Of a stretch of 60,948 nucleotides of DNA, positions 9,300 to 19,879 are shown one piece after another. Positions within the stretch are counted from its first letter, which is position 1, and each line of letters starts with the position of its first letter. The notes under the pieces were generated by a model, which saw nothing but the letters and a program-made list of their open reading frames with translations, made no database searches and was not told the origin of the DNA. The stretch is from an uncultured archaeon (GTDB lineage Archaea > Asgardarchaeota > Thorarchaeia > Thorarchaeales > Thorarchaeaceae). The stretch spans positions 1 to 60,948 of the forward strand of contig CAZSWP010000023.1 in the NCBI GenBank assembly GCA_964610875.1. Reading direction: 5' to 3'. The position numbers were made by a program, and so were the translations under genes.

Positions 9300-12080
9300 C
9301 TATGCCCTAAGGACATCAACTTTTGATTCGGGTCTTCTCGAAGCCCACCAGACGGGGATAGCAGCAGCAATCAAGACCACTAGTATTATTCCAATCATTG
9401 TGATACCAGAGATTCCCCCAAGTACGACTTGTGAAAGAATCAAACCAGTTTCACCTTCATTCAATTGAGCTACATTTCCGAAGTTCTGAATCAAACCAAC
9501 AGCACTTCCAATCAGAAGTGCAAAGATAACCATAACAAGCATTTCAGCCATCAGAGTTCTAAATAGCTGCCCTTTACTGAACCCTCTTACCGTTATGAGA
9601 GCAATCTCAGCTTCCTTTTCTCTTAGAGTAAGAACAATGACGAGACCTGTCACAATAATTGCCAGAGCTACTGCGAAAGCGATGGCAACCCAACGGATTT
9701 TCGTGATGCCACTTTCAATTGGTCTTTTGTAATAGTCAGCCATTTCTGTTGTATATGAAAGGGTGCTTTCAATCCCATCTATGTTTTCTATTGCAGTTTC
9801 TTGCAGTGCTGTGCCATTATATCCTTGCTCAATATTAACCAGGATATTTGGAGTTGCTACATTTATGAAGCCTGTGTCATTAAGGAAGGAATTAGAAACA
9901 AAAGAGGGATAATCACCACCTGCAGATAGACCTTGTTGCGCAAAGAAACTCTCAAGAATTGATTGATAACCTATCAGACCAACAATTGTTAGTTCATATG
10001 TATCACTACTTTGGCTAGAGCTTACAAAAACTGTATCTCCAACAACCAAGTCAAGGTCATTTGCCACAGTGATTGAGAGAATAATACCTTCATCTTCCAA
10101 AGCATCATACATCTCATTGAAATCCCCTAGGAACCACTCCAGTTCATAGTATCCTATAGATCTCCACTCCTCCAAGTTTATCCCACGAGTATTGAAGGAG
10201 GTAGAACCTGTTCTCAGGGTCAATCTATACTCTGTTGTTACAGACTCAACCCCATCATATGTTGTAACATTGCTGACAATGTCTTCGACATTTGTATTCT
10301 GTTCAAGAACAAGCCGAGCATCTGCTCCAACTTCATAGTATGCACTTCGTTCAACTCGATCGTATTCAGAATAAAGACTTCCTACTGCAAATACTCCATA
10401 TGATACAATCAAAGAAAGGATGAAGACCATAGCTGCGTTCCGAGCTGGATTTCTTTTTACATTACGAGTGGCAAGTCGTCCGAAAGCTCCAAAGAATCTA
10501 CTACCACTATTAACAATGAATTCTTGGAATTTTTGTGAGCCACGCATGAATATTTTTGTTGCACCATAGAGGAATAGTAAGGGTCCAACAAAATTCAGAA
10601 TTTGATCCAGACCTAGCCAGACAATAAAGAATATCGTAATTAGAAGATTCCCTGCACTTATAGTGCCTAAGAAGGAACTCAGATTAATTCCAAGGATCCA
10701 GACAAGTAATTTATAGCTACCAAGAATAAGTGAGATAGTTGGAAGTAATCGCTTGTATTCTGATGTTTCTTCAATCAATACATATTGTTTTAGTGCATCC
10801 AAGATTTCCAATTTTGCAGCTCTATTAGCAGGTCTCCAGACTGAAACAAGTGCAAGAATCATACCCAAAGCGACTGAAAATATTGCAGATGTAATATTGT
10901 TTTCAAGAACCGTAATCAAACTAAGATCCTCAATTCCCAAAACAAACCATGATACAGTAGCTCCTAAGAAAATAGCAGCAGCACCAGCTATTGCACCTAC
11001 TATCGTGCCTTCTATCAAGAACATATTCCTAATTGTGCCTCGTTTGTATCCTTTTGTAAGCAATAAGCCAATTTCCCTACGACGAAGATTATAGCTCACA
11101 TCACTGACCATTGTTCCGGTGAAATAGGCCATGAAGAAAATAGGTAAAGAAAGGGAAATGAAAACAAGATTCATGATAAGGGAAACAACCGAGTAGGCCA
11201 GCAACGGAAATGTGAGAGTAGATGTAACAGTGACATCATACTTGAAGAGTCGAGATTCAATCTTTCTCGTTATTTCATCAATTCTAGCATTTGATGCTTG
11301 AATGTCATATGGGTCTATTATCGAATATCTGTCTATTTTCAAATGATATGAATTTCTTACTGCTGCACTAGTTCTATTCTCAATTTGACCAATGCTATCA
11401 ATAAGTGGTTTAGCTGTCAGATTCCAATTAGTCAACATCAGGTTGTATGGTGACTCAAAGGAAAACCCGAATGGTCCTAAAATAATACCAGCCGCAATAT
11501 TCTGTTGGATACCATATCTTGTATCTGCAGGGACTTCAATAAAACCTGCAATTGTGAGATTCCATTCGATGACTTCAGGTATAGTTTGTTCTTCTATCCA
11601 TACATTGATGGGTACAGTAATCTCATCGTCAATAGTGAACAAAGACTCGTTTTCAGATCCGTTAATAATATAGGTTTCATTCGCTTGAAGCTCATTGCGA
11701 CCTGAAACAACAGATAAGCCCTGAGCGAAATCAGAGTCCCACTCGATGGCATGAATTGCAAATCGTGTTTCAGTGTTATTGTATGCATATTGAAAAGCAG
11801 TGGTACGAGTAATATCTGTGATCTCTTCAAGTGTGTTTAATTCGGATTCTACCTCATTCATTGTGTCTGTTGTCCAGTTTGAAGGTGCTGAATTAACAGC
11901 AAAATCATAAACAACCCCCTCAAGACTGCTGTCCAATGCATCACGTGCAAGGATATCCGCAGCAACATTAGTACTTGCAAAAAAGGTCGTAGCGACAAGA
12001 ACACCAAGAGTCAATGCAATGAATAATCGGTAGCTTCTAACTACCCGTTTTAGGGCATACTTGAACACGGTTTCCCACAT
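9300..12080 (-). CDS. ABC transporter permease, two FtsX-like halves
   Basis: RRREIGLLLTKG and KEAEIALITVRG motifs, large extracellular loops, adjacent to the ATPase. Confidence 0.9.
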   Translation of the reverse strand: MWETVFKYALKRVVRSYRLFIALTLGVLVATTFFASTNVAADILARDALDSSLEGVVYDFAVNSAPSNWTTDTMNEVESELNTLEEITDITRTTAFQYAYNNTETRFAIHAIEWDSDFAQGLSVVSGRNELQANETYIINGSENESLFTIDDEITVPINVWIEEQTIPEVIEWNLTIAGFIEVPADTRYGIQQNIAAGIILGPFGFSFESPYNLMLTNWNLTAKPLIDSIGQIENRTSAAVRNSYHLKIDRYSIIDPYDIQASNARIDEITRKIESRLFKYDVTVTSTLTFPLLAYSVVSLIMNLVFISLSLPIFFMAYFTGTMVSDVSYNLRRREIGLLLTKGYKRGTIRNMFLIEGTIVGAIAGAAAIFLGATVSWFVLGIEDLSLITVLENNITSAIFSVALGMILALVSVWRPANRAAKLEILDALKQYVLIEETSEYKRLLPTISLILGSYKLLVWILGINLSSFLGTISAGNLLITIFFIVWLGLDQILNFVGPLLFLYGATKIFMRGSQKFQEFIVNSGSRFFGAFGRLATRNVKRNPARNAAMVFILSLIVSYGVFAVGSLYSEYDRVERSAYYEVGADARLVLEQNTNVEDIVSNVTTYDGVESVTTEYRLTLRTGSTSFNTRGINLEEWRSIGYYELEWFLGDFNEMYDALEDEGIILSITVANDLDLVVGDTVFVSSSQSSDTYELTIVGLIGYQSILESFFAQQGLSAGGDYPSFVSNSFLNDTGFINVATPNILVNIEQGYNGTALQETAIENIDGIESTLSYTTEMADYYKRPIESGITKIRWVAIAFAVALAIIVTGLVIVLTLREKEAEIALITVRGFSKGQLFRTLMAEMLVMVIFALLIGSAVGLIQNFGNVAQLNEGETGLILSQVVLGGISGITMIGIILVVLIAAAIPVWWASRRPESKVDVLRA

Positions 12081-12661
12081 TCCTAACTGGCCGAGATATC
12101 ATTTATGATATAAAGCGGATGTAGGAATCATCCATACAAATCATCCACATGTGAGAATCCCCTTTTGATACTTCGGAAAGAACTAAAGCAGAATGTTACC
12201 AACTATAGAAGATTTTCATCAAGAGATTCGTGCACACGACGTAGTTGAACTCACTGAAGTTACAGGTTCAATATGTAGGAGAAAATGAACCGATAGGACT
12301 ATTTCAGCAATTCATAATGGAACGTGAATGAAATTGGACATCCGCTATTACTCAGGAAAGAAATCCCTTACATTTGGATATGGCAGCAATATACGAAGCA
12401 ATAGAAGATTGGGGAAAATGCTTGAAATTACTGCAATTCCTACCTACCTGATCTATCAGATGAGAACCTACTTGGAGCACGGGAATAGGATATTCAATTT
12501 TCACTTGGAACAGACTCATACAGTACCGAGCATCTTCGATACATGCACATTGGAATGGCTAATACTTAAAGAGGTGACATAGAAACCAATAGGATTGTGA
12601 ATAGATTATCCCTATGATGATATCGTAGAGATTCTCTGATAGATAGACCAAATCCTTCTGA

Positions 12662-13270
12662 CTACTCTTCATCAATTGGTGGTTCTTCATAATTGGATGG
12701 AACATGTGTGGGAACTGAGTACCGTTCCATTCGCTTATCATAGATGTAGGCCACAAAAATCACACCAGCAAGAATTCCAAGACTTGTAACAACAACTAAT
12801 GGCATGGTAACAGTGGGATCTACTGGCGTGTTCAGATAAGTGACAAAGTCCAAGGTTCTAACTGATGTTTGGGCTACATTATCATATGTGTCAAATGCAT
12901 TAAGCAAGACCGAGTATGTGTAGTTGTTTGGAAGTCCCAATACTTGGTATGCATAATGTGTTCCGTTGAATACCAAAGCCTCTCGAAAATATTCAAAATT
13001 TCCTTGTTCGATTATCACTGTTACATTCTTAATCTCTGATTGGGTGTCACTTGCATTTGCCCATACGGTAAAGGGAGTTTCAGGAACAGGAGTAGAATCA
13101 AACCCCCAAGCATAGATCTCTGGTCTGAGTGTATCTTCTTGGGCTATATCAAACGTGGGTCCACTGAAAGTAGTTATTGATGATTGGAATAGATTGATGT
13201 GTATACCCAATCCTAGCAGAAGACAGATTAGGGCTATATTGAAGCTTATTCTGGAACTCATTTCTACCAA
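12662..13270 (-). CDS. Membrane-anchored protein with one Ig-like domain
   Basis: N-terminal hydrophobic signal, beta-rich domain (ANASD...NAFDTYDN), C-terminal TM helix. Confidence 0.75.
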   Translation of the reverse strand: MVEMSSRISFNIALICLLLGLGIHINLFQSSITTFSGPTFDIAQEDTLRPEIYAWGFDSTPVPETPFTVWANASDTQSEIKNVTVIIEQGNFEYFREALVFNGTHYAYQVLGLPNNYTYSVLLNAFDTYDNVAQTSVRTLDFVTYLNTPVDPTVTMPLVVVTSLGILAGVIFVAYIYDKRMERYSVPTHVPSNYEEPPIDEE

Positions 13271-13343
13271 GTATCTTAGTAATAATTCCCTTAATTAGGC
13301 ACACCTTCTGCGCACTACTCATATAGGACTTGTTCATGATGAG

Positions 13344-13814
13344 TCATAAACGGGATAGTAACCATTCATTCTCTTTTGTTATCTCTATGAATTTCAGAAT
13401 CAGGTTTCCTCTAGCTTCATCGAACTTGATTATTCGATAATTTACGGATTGACTGCCCAACTTCAATTCAATCCACCCACGAGCCAAATAGTGTTCAAAG
13501 ACTTTCCGCGTGTGTTTTCGGATTAAAGAAAACAGCTGTTTGAATCGATTCCGTTGAGAAGGACGAATACCCCATCGATCCAAGATGCATCGATTCGCTA
13601 TGCTATTACTAGATACAAGCGTAGCACTCTTACGATCTGGATGATTGACAGTGTCTGCGACAACGGTCCTTAAAACATCTGGGATACTCCCCAATACCGA
13701 GGGAGTGACCTCGGGAGTCCATCTTATTGACCGCTTATTCTTTTCATCTTCGCTTTGGTTTCTAGGCTCACTATTCTGCCGCATCATCTTGTTGCTCCTC
13801 ACAACTTCAATCAT
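13344..13814 (-). CDS. Hypothetical basic cytoplasmic protein
   Basis: 156-aa ORF, R/K-rich, no family recognised. Confidence 0.6.
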   Translation of the reverse strand: MIEVVRSNKMMRQNSEPRNQSEDEKNKRSIRWTPEVTPSVLGSIPDVLRTVVADTVNHPDRKSATLVSSNSIANRCILDRWGIRPSQRNRFKQLFSLIRKHTRKVFEHYLARGWIELKLGSQSVNYRIIKFDEARGNLILKFIEITKENEWLLSRL

Positions 13815-13870
13815 CTTTTCTTACATCGGTATTAAAGGTCATAGAGGACTGATATTCAAAAGTAAAAGGT

Positions 13871-14022
13871 GGGCACAAATCTATGAGCTCTGCAACGCTT
13901 TGCCGCGCCACCACCTAATCTTATTTGCACGTTACAGACCATCAGAGCTTTTTTTAGCCATGATGCAAGATTATGTCTCCGCACGCCATAGAGACAAATC
14001 GGCCCCGTAACAATTTGTGCCC
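13871..14022 (-). ncRNA. Candidate structured 5' leader RNA
   Basis: Closing stem GGGCACAAAT/ATTTGTGCCC (10 bp), inner stems TGTCTC/GAGACA and AGCTCTG/CAGAGCT. G-U pairs favour the minus strand. Confidence 0.5.
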
Positions 14023-14110
14023 TTTTCTTATAATACAGATGTGCCGGTTCAAGTTATAGCTTTCGGTCAAGCAACCTGAAGGGCATCTTGGGCGTACTCT
14101 GTTATTTTTA

Positions 14111-14133
14111 GCTATAAGCTAATAGCTTATAGC
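14111..14133. promoter_or_regulatory. Perfect 23-bp palindrome, candidate operator
   Basis: GCTATAAGCTA-A-TAGCTTATAGC. Confidence 0.5.
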
Positions 14134-14229
14134 ATATATCTACAGTGTAATCTTCCATAAAAGTGCTACTAGCACGGACAAAACGTTGTACGATTCTATA
14201 AATTCTATTGGTTATTGGAATAATTCATT

Positions 14230-14336
14230 GGTTTAGACGAGGATGATATAGATTTACCACTATTATCATAGTCATTATTGGTGCACTTACTGTGATTATT
14301 ATTGTTGCAATAATCATGCAAAAACGTAAGTCATAG
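14230..14336 (+). pseudogene. Orphan C-terminal TM-anchor remnant of a surface protein gene
   Basis: Reads ...TTIIIVIIGALTVIIIVAIIMQKRKS*, followed by a weak hairpin and T-tract; no intact upstream ORF. Confidence 0.55.
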
Positions 14337-14736
14337 AAGATAGAACGACGGAAAGGATTTCACTCGAACCCTTCCTCATACTTTTTTTCTTCGCCAAGAA
14401 AAAGATTGGATCATCCAGAAAACACCTTATTTGGAGATATGGATAAAAACTGTGATCTGTTGTTTCTTTCTTGTTGAAGAGTCTGGTAAATAATGCTAGG
14501 TTCTAAACAGGAGTTACAAATAATTGTTAATGAAACTTCAATTCAGCTAAAACCATATCATCGAATCATTCTTTTTCTTGAAGCTTTGGGAAAGCTAATG
14601 ATGATCTATATTTGCGTTCTTAATCAAGTCATCAAAATTGATGAAAACCTAGAGTGAATGAATAACCCTGTCCATCAATCTAGTTTACTTGTATGGCATA
14701 TCGCAATGTCATATTCCACTACTATCAAGAGAGAGG

Positions 14737-14754
14737 AGGGGGAACAAGCCCCCT
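14737..14754 (-). terminator. Hairpin after the 14763 gene
   Basis: AGGGGG-N6-CCCCCT immediately past the stop codon, followed by a pyrimidine run on the minus strand. Confidence 0.55.
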
Positions 14755-14762
14755 TTTACCTA

Positions 14763-17693
14763 CTAAAATTCTGCCGACGTAAGGAAGAACACAGTTTGAG
14801 TATCCAGTTCTGATAGGAACATTATCGATATTGTTTCAGTTGCCGCTGTAATATCCACTTCGAACCATGACGAGGTTCCGTCATCATGACTCCAAGAAAT
14901 GGCAACCCAACTATTCCCATCCCACACTGCGCCATAGACGAACATTGAGCTAGCATTGAACTGGAGATGATATGTATGGCCTATCGTGACAGTTGCATTC
15001 ACATAGCATTCCACTGGACCAGTATATGTGTAAGGTAGTGTGATGCCAAGAACCTGCTCTGTGCCTATCGTGTGCCATAGCGGGTCATCAATGGATCTAC
15101 CTTGATAAGGCTGTGTGAGTAAGGAGACATTTCCAGCACCTCCTCCCACATATCGCAATCGTACGATGTACTCATGGATAGCGCTATAGTCAGGGTCTCC
15201 CAAGCTTGGGAGGATAAGATATCGTGGCCATTCATCGGTTGCGTATTCTCCTTCAGTTGTACGAAGAACGACATCTGAATGTGTGGTGTTATAGAGTTCA
15301 AGGGTCCAGTTCCCAACACCAATGTAGGGTGGATCAAGATACACTTGTATCACATGCTCCATACCATCATCGGTCATGACATGATACCAATGGGAATCAA
15401 CATAGTCCCATTCATTTGAGTCCGCGGCTCTGCATTCGCCCACATCAATATGATCTGGCACATCATAAGAGCTTCCAGACTTTTGGACGTGATGCCAAAC
15501 TATCGTTCCATTGATCCAAGAATTCCAAGTCACTTGACGGAGCTCAATAATATAATCGCCATAGTCCCACGATGGATCCCATTCAATGATTAGGGGACCA
15601 TCTGATGAAACATTCTCATGTTCTACGACAGAATCTCCATCCAGAGTTATCATGACATCGAAGAAACTCTCCGCAGGGAACCAGTCAGGGTCTATCTCAA
15701 TAGATTCGGTGTAGGAGTTGTCTGTATAACTAATCAGCCAGAACAAGCTCCAAGGCCAATCCTCTGGAGTTGTATAATTCTCAAAGGATGGTGGTAGCTG
15801 CCAATTCTCAATTCCTCCAGGTATCAATGATTTCGGTTGGTAGGGGGAAGTGTGCTCAATCGGAGTGATTGTCATATTGATGGTCTTTGGCCCCTCCTTC
15901 TGAATCAGTGTCTTTATGATAATGATTTCAACCAATTTCTTGTCATGATTCCCAGGATTCACTGGCCAAGGTGCAACAGAATGATAGATGGAGAATGGTG
16001 TGTTGAAAGCCTGCTGTCTTGAGCCATCTTCATAGACATATATGATTGTGATTTTCCAATCTCCACCTTGTGGTAATTTGAAATTGATGTTGAACGGTTT
16101 AGTGCCATTCACTTTGATGCGTTCTACACCACTGGCGTAAGGTCCTACTTTGAGCTCATCACTCACTGTATTGTTGGTATATGTGACATTGACATGCCCT
16201 TTACGTTCTGGAACTCCATTGTCAGTAATAGCATCGGTCATCATCCAAGCATAAAACTTTGCAAGAAGGTTCTCCCAGCTAGTACCACATGCCTCAGCGA
16301 TGGCGTCTTCAGGACTTACATCCTTAGAATCATTGTTGAAGTTGTCTTTCGCTTTTTCAAATGCTTCCTTTAGTTTGTCTTCGCCGTATTTCTCCTTGAT
16401 GAATTTCATGAATAGGTATGAACCGATATAGTCAGAATAGCTCCCTCCCCAACCTATGAAGGTCGAACGATTCAGGTCTTTGTAGTGGTCATACCAATTA
16501 TGGTCACCGACACGATCAAACTCATCTTGAATCTCTTTATTGGTTAGATTGAAATTCGCTTTAGTTGATTCAATACCCCAATATGTCGCCTGTCCTTCAA
16601 TCCACCATTTGTTCTGTACCGGGGCATGGTCAACAGTATCATTTCCTTCCTTCTCAGTATTGAATTGGAATAGGTGCATTAGCTCGTGCTCACAGACATA
16701 CTTTAGGTCCGTATCCGACTCAATGGTTCCAACCTTGATAGTAATCACACCTTTTGTGGATGCCTTTCCAACAGTTTCTGTTGAGGTTCCGTTCTTTACG
16801 ATGACCTTGATTGTGTTATTAGCAGCTGTCTTCGGTCCTCTAGTAAAACCCTTACCTAGGTAGTACTCCAATGAGAACTCAAGATGTTCTATAATTGCAA
16901 TCATTGTATCGAGAGGAACCCCTCCTCCCTCATCAGAGACCTCAATTGTTTCATCCTTGCCATCAATTTCATCATCAATCCCTACATCAATGTAGGGCGC
17001 GTTCAAACCAGACTGTATTTCAAATACATAATCACTTTCGGTAGTATACGAGAGGGCATTTGGTTGTCCCGGAGTCACCATGGATTCATTCCAATTCGTG
17101 GAATCTCCGGTGTCTGTTCCAAACAGCGACACAGATTTGGTAGTCCTTGAAGGACCATCATCAGATGATGGCCAATTATCGAACACCACGTCTCCGTTTC
17201 CTCCATGATATCTCATGAAATCGATGATATTGCCTTCCGAATCAAAGAGACCTACCTCATCTCCATCATCATCAAGAATGGAATCTGTAATGTTCAAGTA
17301 TACTGTAGCCTTACCATCACTTGCATCTGGTTCGTTTATTCCATTACCCATGAAGATTGCCAAATAATCCTCACCATCAATCCCTGTGATTGTTGGAATC
17401 GCAAGAAGCCCTTCTCCATCAAACGTGGTCAGGTACCACTCAGTGACAGAACTACCTGAGAAGCTAGATGGAATATATATTTCCACAAACTCACTATCTA
17501 CATTGGTATTAGGATAGACTTCGCTTACAAACGCTACATCATTGTATTCCGAACGTGTATCCTGTGGTATCACCTCTGATGGTGGTGTGGGACTTTGCAT
17601 GAAAAAGTATAGTGCCGCAATAGTACCAGCGCTTACAATTAGAATAATCAATATGATGGCAATTTTCTTAGAATCCATTAACATCTTCTCCAA
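14763..17693 (-). CDS. Secreted/anchored lamin-tail-domain plus zinc metallopeptidase protein
   Basis: N-terminal TM; LTD signature (SEVYPN...EFVEIY...LDDDGDEVGLFD...TPGQPN); HELMH plus downstream WIEGQATY; beta-sandwich C-terminal half. Confidence 0.8.
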   Translation of the reverse strand: MEKMLMDSKKIAIILIILIVSAGTIAALYFFMQSPTPPSEVIPQDTRSEYNDVAFVSEVYPNTNVDSEFVEIYIPSSFSGSSVTEWYLTTFDGEGLLAIPTITGIDGEDYLAIFMGNGINEPDASDGKATVYLNITDSILDDDGDEVGLFDSEGNIIDFMRYHGGNGDVVFDNWPSSDDGPSRTTKSVSLFGTDTGDSTNWNESMVTPGQPNALSYTTESDYVFEIQSGLNAPYIDVGIDDEIDGKDETIEVSDEGGGVPLDTMIAIIEHLEFSLEYYLGKGFTRGPKTAANNTIKVIVKNGTSTETVGKASTKGVITIKVGTIESDTDLKYVCEHELMHLFQFNTEKEGNDTVDHAPVQNKWWIEGQATYWGIESTKANFNLTNKEIQDEFDRVGDHNWYDHYKDLNRSTFIGWGGSYSDYIGSYLFMKFIKEKYGEDKLKEAFEKAKDNFNNDSKDVSPEDAIAEACGTSWENLLAKFYAWMMTDAITDNGVPERKGHVNVTYTNNTVSDELKVGPYASGVERIKVNGTKPFNINFKLPQGGDWKITIIYVYEDGSRQQAFNTPFSIYHSVAPWPVNPGNHDKKLVEIIIIKTLIQKEGPKTINMTITPIEHTSPYQPKSLIPGGIENWQLPPSFENYTTPEDWPWSLFWLISYTDNSYTESIEIDPDWFPAESFFDVMITLDGDSVVEHENVSSDGPLIIEWDPSWDYGDYIIELRQVTWNSWINGTIVWHHVQKSGSSYDVPDHIDVGECRAADSNEWDYVDSHWYHVMTDDGMEHVIQVYLDPPYIGVGNWTLELYNTTHSDVVLRTTEGEYATDEWPRYLILPSLGDPDYSAIHEYIVRLRYVGGGAGNVSLLTQPYQGRSIDDPLWHTIGTEQVLGITLPYTYTGPVECYVNATVTIGHTYHLQFNASSMFVYGAVWDGNSWVAISWSHDDGTSSWFEVDITAATETISIMFLSELDTQTVFFLTSAEF

Positions 17694-17848
17694 CGCGAAT
17701 GCAGCTCAAAGTTATGCCGTATGAATACTTCTTTCTTTTGGTGATGAAGTTTCCATTCTTATTTTTCTGCTACACATAGCTGATGCGTAATGCTTGACGA
17801 AAAATATGTGAAAGTGGCATTTTAATAAAATAATGCCAGCTCGGTACA

Positions 17849-19069
17849 CTAGAAATCTAGTAATCTCTTCTCTCCTTCGATATTTCTGATATTGGTTATG
17901 TCCTGAGAAACCTCCAGACAACCAAGATATTTTCCTTCTCTGTCATGAACGGGGAAATATCTAATGAAAATAAGCTTGCCACCAAGATTGATCCAGAATT
18001 CAGCTTTATCAAGAGCACCCTTCTTGAATCCTTCTAGTATACGTTTAACCTTCTCAATACTCTTCTTCGGATGACAATTATGCACATCACGACCTATCAC
18101 CGATTTTGTTCGCACAAAGAAGCGTTCAGGAGAATTACTAAAGTATTGAACTTGGTCTTCTGCATTGACAAAAGTAATGTCTATGGGTAGTGTATCGAGC
18201 ATTGCTTCTAGAATATTAGGCGTGAATTGGCCTGTTTCAAATTGGATAATCCCCTCACTCATCTCAATATCTGACGTTGGCTCTTCTTCCTCATCTTTCT
18301 GTACATCTACAATTGTATAACCAATCTCATCAAAATCTGCCTTAATCTGTTTCCATTCTTCATCAGTTATGAGCTGCAAAGCCATCTTGAATAGAATCCG
18401 ATTTTCTTTTTGAAAATGACCTGCAATCAGCTCTGAGAGACCTATAGCATATGAACGGAACTTGTCAAGCTCCTTAGGATTGATGTAACCTTTTTCATCT
18501 ACCATCTTAAAGATACTCTTCTCAAGTCCACGGATACGATCATGTTCAGACCACATAACTGCAGGAGGTTCCGTAACACCATGCTTCTCTATCATCGGGA
18601 AGAGTGCATTTTCCTCACGTAGATAATGATCTTCTGAATTTTTGAGGATATTAATCGATTCAAGGATTTGCTTCGCAATTTCATTTTTTGTTGCAAAACT
18701 TTCTTTCTTTCCCAATCTTGTAGCTGCTTCAGCAAGCTCTGTCACCTTACAAAGAATCAAACTATGTTCATCAATTAGGATTCGTAGTGGATGATTTTCA
18801 GGTAGGTCAGGAGCTGATTCCTCAAGGGTCTCTCGGAATAATTCCATATGAATATCACAGAGACTAGTTAGTTCCTCTCGTTTCATTCCATCTTCAACCA
18901 GACCTTGTTCTGCTATTGCAATATCTGTTGCCGATGTCTCCCTCAGAACCTCCTTTAGTTCAGCTCTAACAGATTCAACGTCTTCTCCTGCGTGCAACTT
19001 CTTTAGTCCTACTTTCAATTTCTCTCTTGTTTTATCGTCTGTTCTCTCCGGTGTACTCATATCAATCAC
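17849..19069 (-). CDS. DUF438 - hemerythrin-like - PAS domain protein
   Basis: LHAGE...AEQ...LCDIH (DUF438); HYLREENALFP, WSEHD, HFQKEN (hemerythrin-like); LPIDITFV...HNCHP (PAS). Confidence 0.92.
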   Translation of the reverse strand: MIDMSTPERTDDKTREKLKVGLKKLHAGEDVESVRAELKEVLRETSATDIAIAEQGLVEDGMKREELTSLCDIHMELFRETLEESAPDLPENHPLRILIDEHSLILCKVTELAEAATRLGKKESFATKNEIAKQILESINILKNSEDHYLREENALFPMIEKHGVTEPPAVMWSEHDRIRGLEKSIFKMVDEKGYINPKELDKFRSYAIGLSELIAGHFQKENRILFKMALQLITDEEWKQIKADFDEIGYTIVDVQKDEEEEPTSDIEMSEGIIQFETGQFTPNILEAMLDTLPIDITFVNAEDQVQYFSNSPERFFVRTKSVIGRDVHNCHPKKSIEKVKRILEGFKKGALDKAEFWINLGGKLIFIRYFPVHDREGKYLGCLEVSQDITNIRNIEGEKRLLDF

Positions 19070-19115
19070 CTTAGTTTTCTAATGGAGTTGTCATCTTAAC
19101 TATTATTGGAATACA

Positions 19116-19153
19116 TACTATTAAAAAGGTAGTAGTTACCAAATAGTAAGTAA
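19116..19153. promoter_or_regulatory. Candidate HxlR-type operator in the divergent promoter
   Basis: TACTA-N9-TAGTA and TTAC-N6-GTAA inverted repeats between the two divergent starts. Confidence 0.4.
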
Positions 19154-19166
19154 GAGGAGAATAAAT

Positions 19167-19574
19167 TTGGACCTCAAGAAACCTAGGAAAAAACAAGATG
19201 TGGAGGGTTGCCCAGTTTTCATCACATCTCAGATACTTGGAAAGAAATGGTCAATATTAGTGATTCAAGAACTCCTCGCTTCAGAGAAAAAAGAAGGACC
19301 GCAATTTGGCGACCTTCAAAGAGCACTCAGTTGGGTGAGCCCAAAGGTCTTGACACAGAGACTTCGAGAGTTAGAACATGAAGAAATAGTTGACAGGATA
19401 GTAGACGCATCTGTGATGCCAGCGCATGTCCATTATCAATTAACTGAGAAGGGAAAGGGAATAGAATCTATTCTTAGAGCCATGCAAAAATGGGGACTTA
19501 AGTTTCATCAAGAAGAAACATCTGATTGTATTGGAAAAGGGATTCGAAGATGCTCCGAATGTACTTTAGGTTGA
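19167..19574 (+). CDS. HxlR/DUF24 family winged-helix regulator
   Basis: GCPV...ILGKKWSILVI...VSPKVLTQRLRELE...YQLTEKG; N-terminal Cys as in thiol-sensing members; extra C-terminal cysteines. Confidence 0.92.
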   Translation: MDLKKPRKKQDVEGCPVFITSQILGKKWSILVIQELLASEKKEGPQFGDLQRALSWVSPKVLTQRLRELEHEEIVDRIVDASVMPAHVHYQLTEKGKGIESILRAMQKWGLKFHQEETSDCIGKGIRRCSECTLG

Positions 19575-19590
19575 AGATGTTGATTAAAAA

Positions 19591-19614
19591 AAGGAGTGAA
19601 AGCAATCACTCCTT
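19591..19614. terminator. Bidirectional hairpin terminator
   Basis: AAGGAGTGA-N6-TCACTCCTT between convergent genes. Confidence 0.6.
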
Positions 19615-19879
19615 GCTTTATTCATTCTAAGAGATACTAGGCTCTAGAATATGAAAATTATGAGTAAATTCGCTCATAGCTTTCGTCAGACTCTTGACCT
19701 CTCTGTTGGCGAATCTGCTGCAACTGTTGTGCCATTTCCTTCATCCTGCTTCGGATATCATCTGCTTGTTCTTCAAGTTCTGTTACATCCACATCAATTG
19801 GATATAACTTATCTAAAGCTTTGAGTATCATAGCAGCACCCTCTGGATCAGGCATTGAGGCTGTTGCTGGAGTTAGAAG

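Noticed and set aside
12190-12600. ORF 12328-12582 and nearby short frames
   Set aside because: No recognisable motifs; possibly decayed coding DNA but not supportable.
16900-17560. Lamin homologue as a eukaryotic signature protein
   Set aside because: Only the Ig-like tail domain is present, in a secreted protein with no coiled-coil rod; such domains are widespread in prokaryotes.
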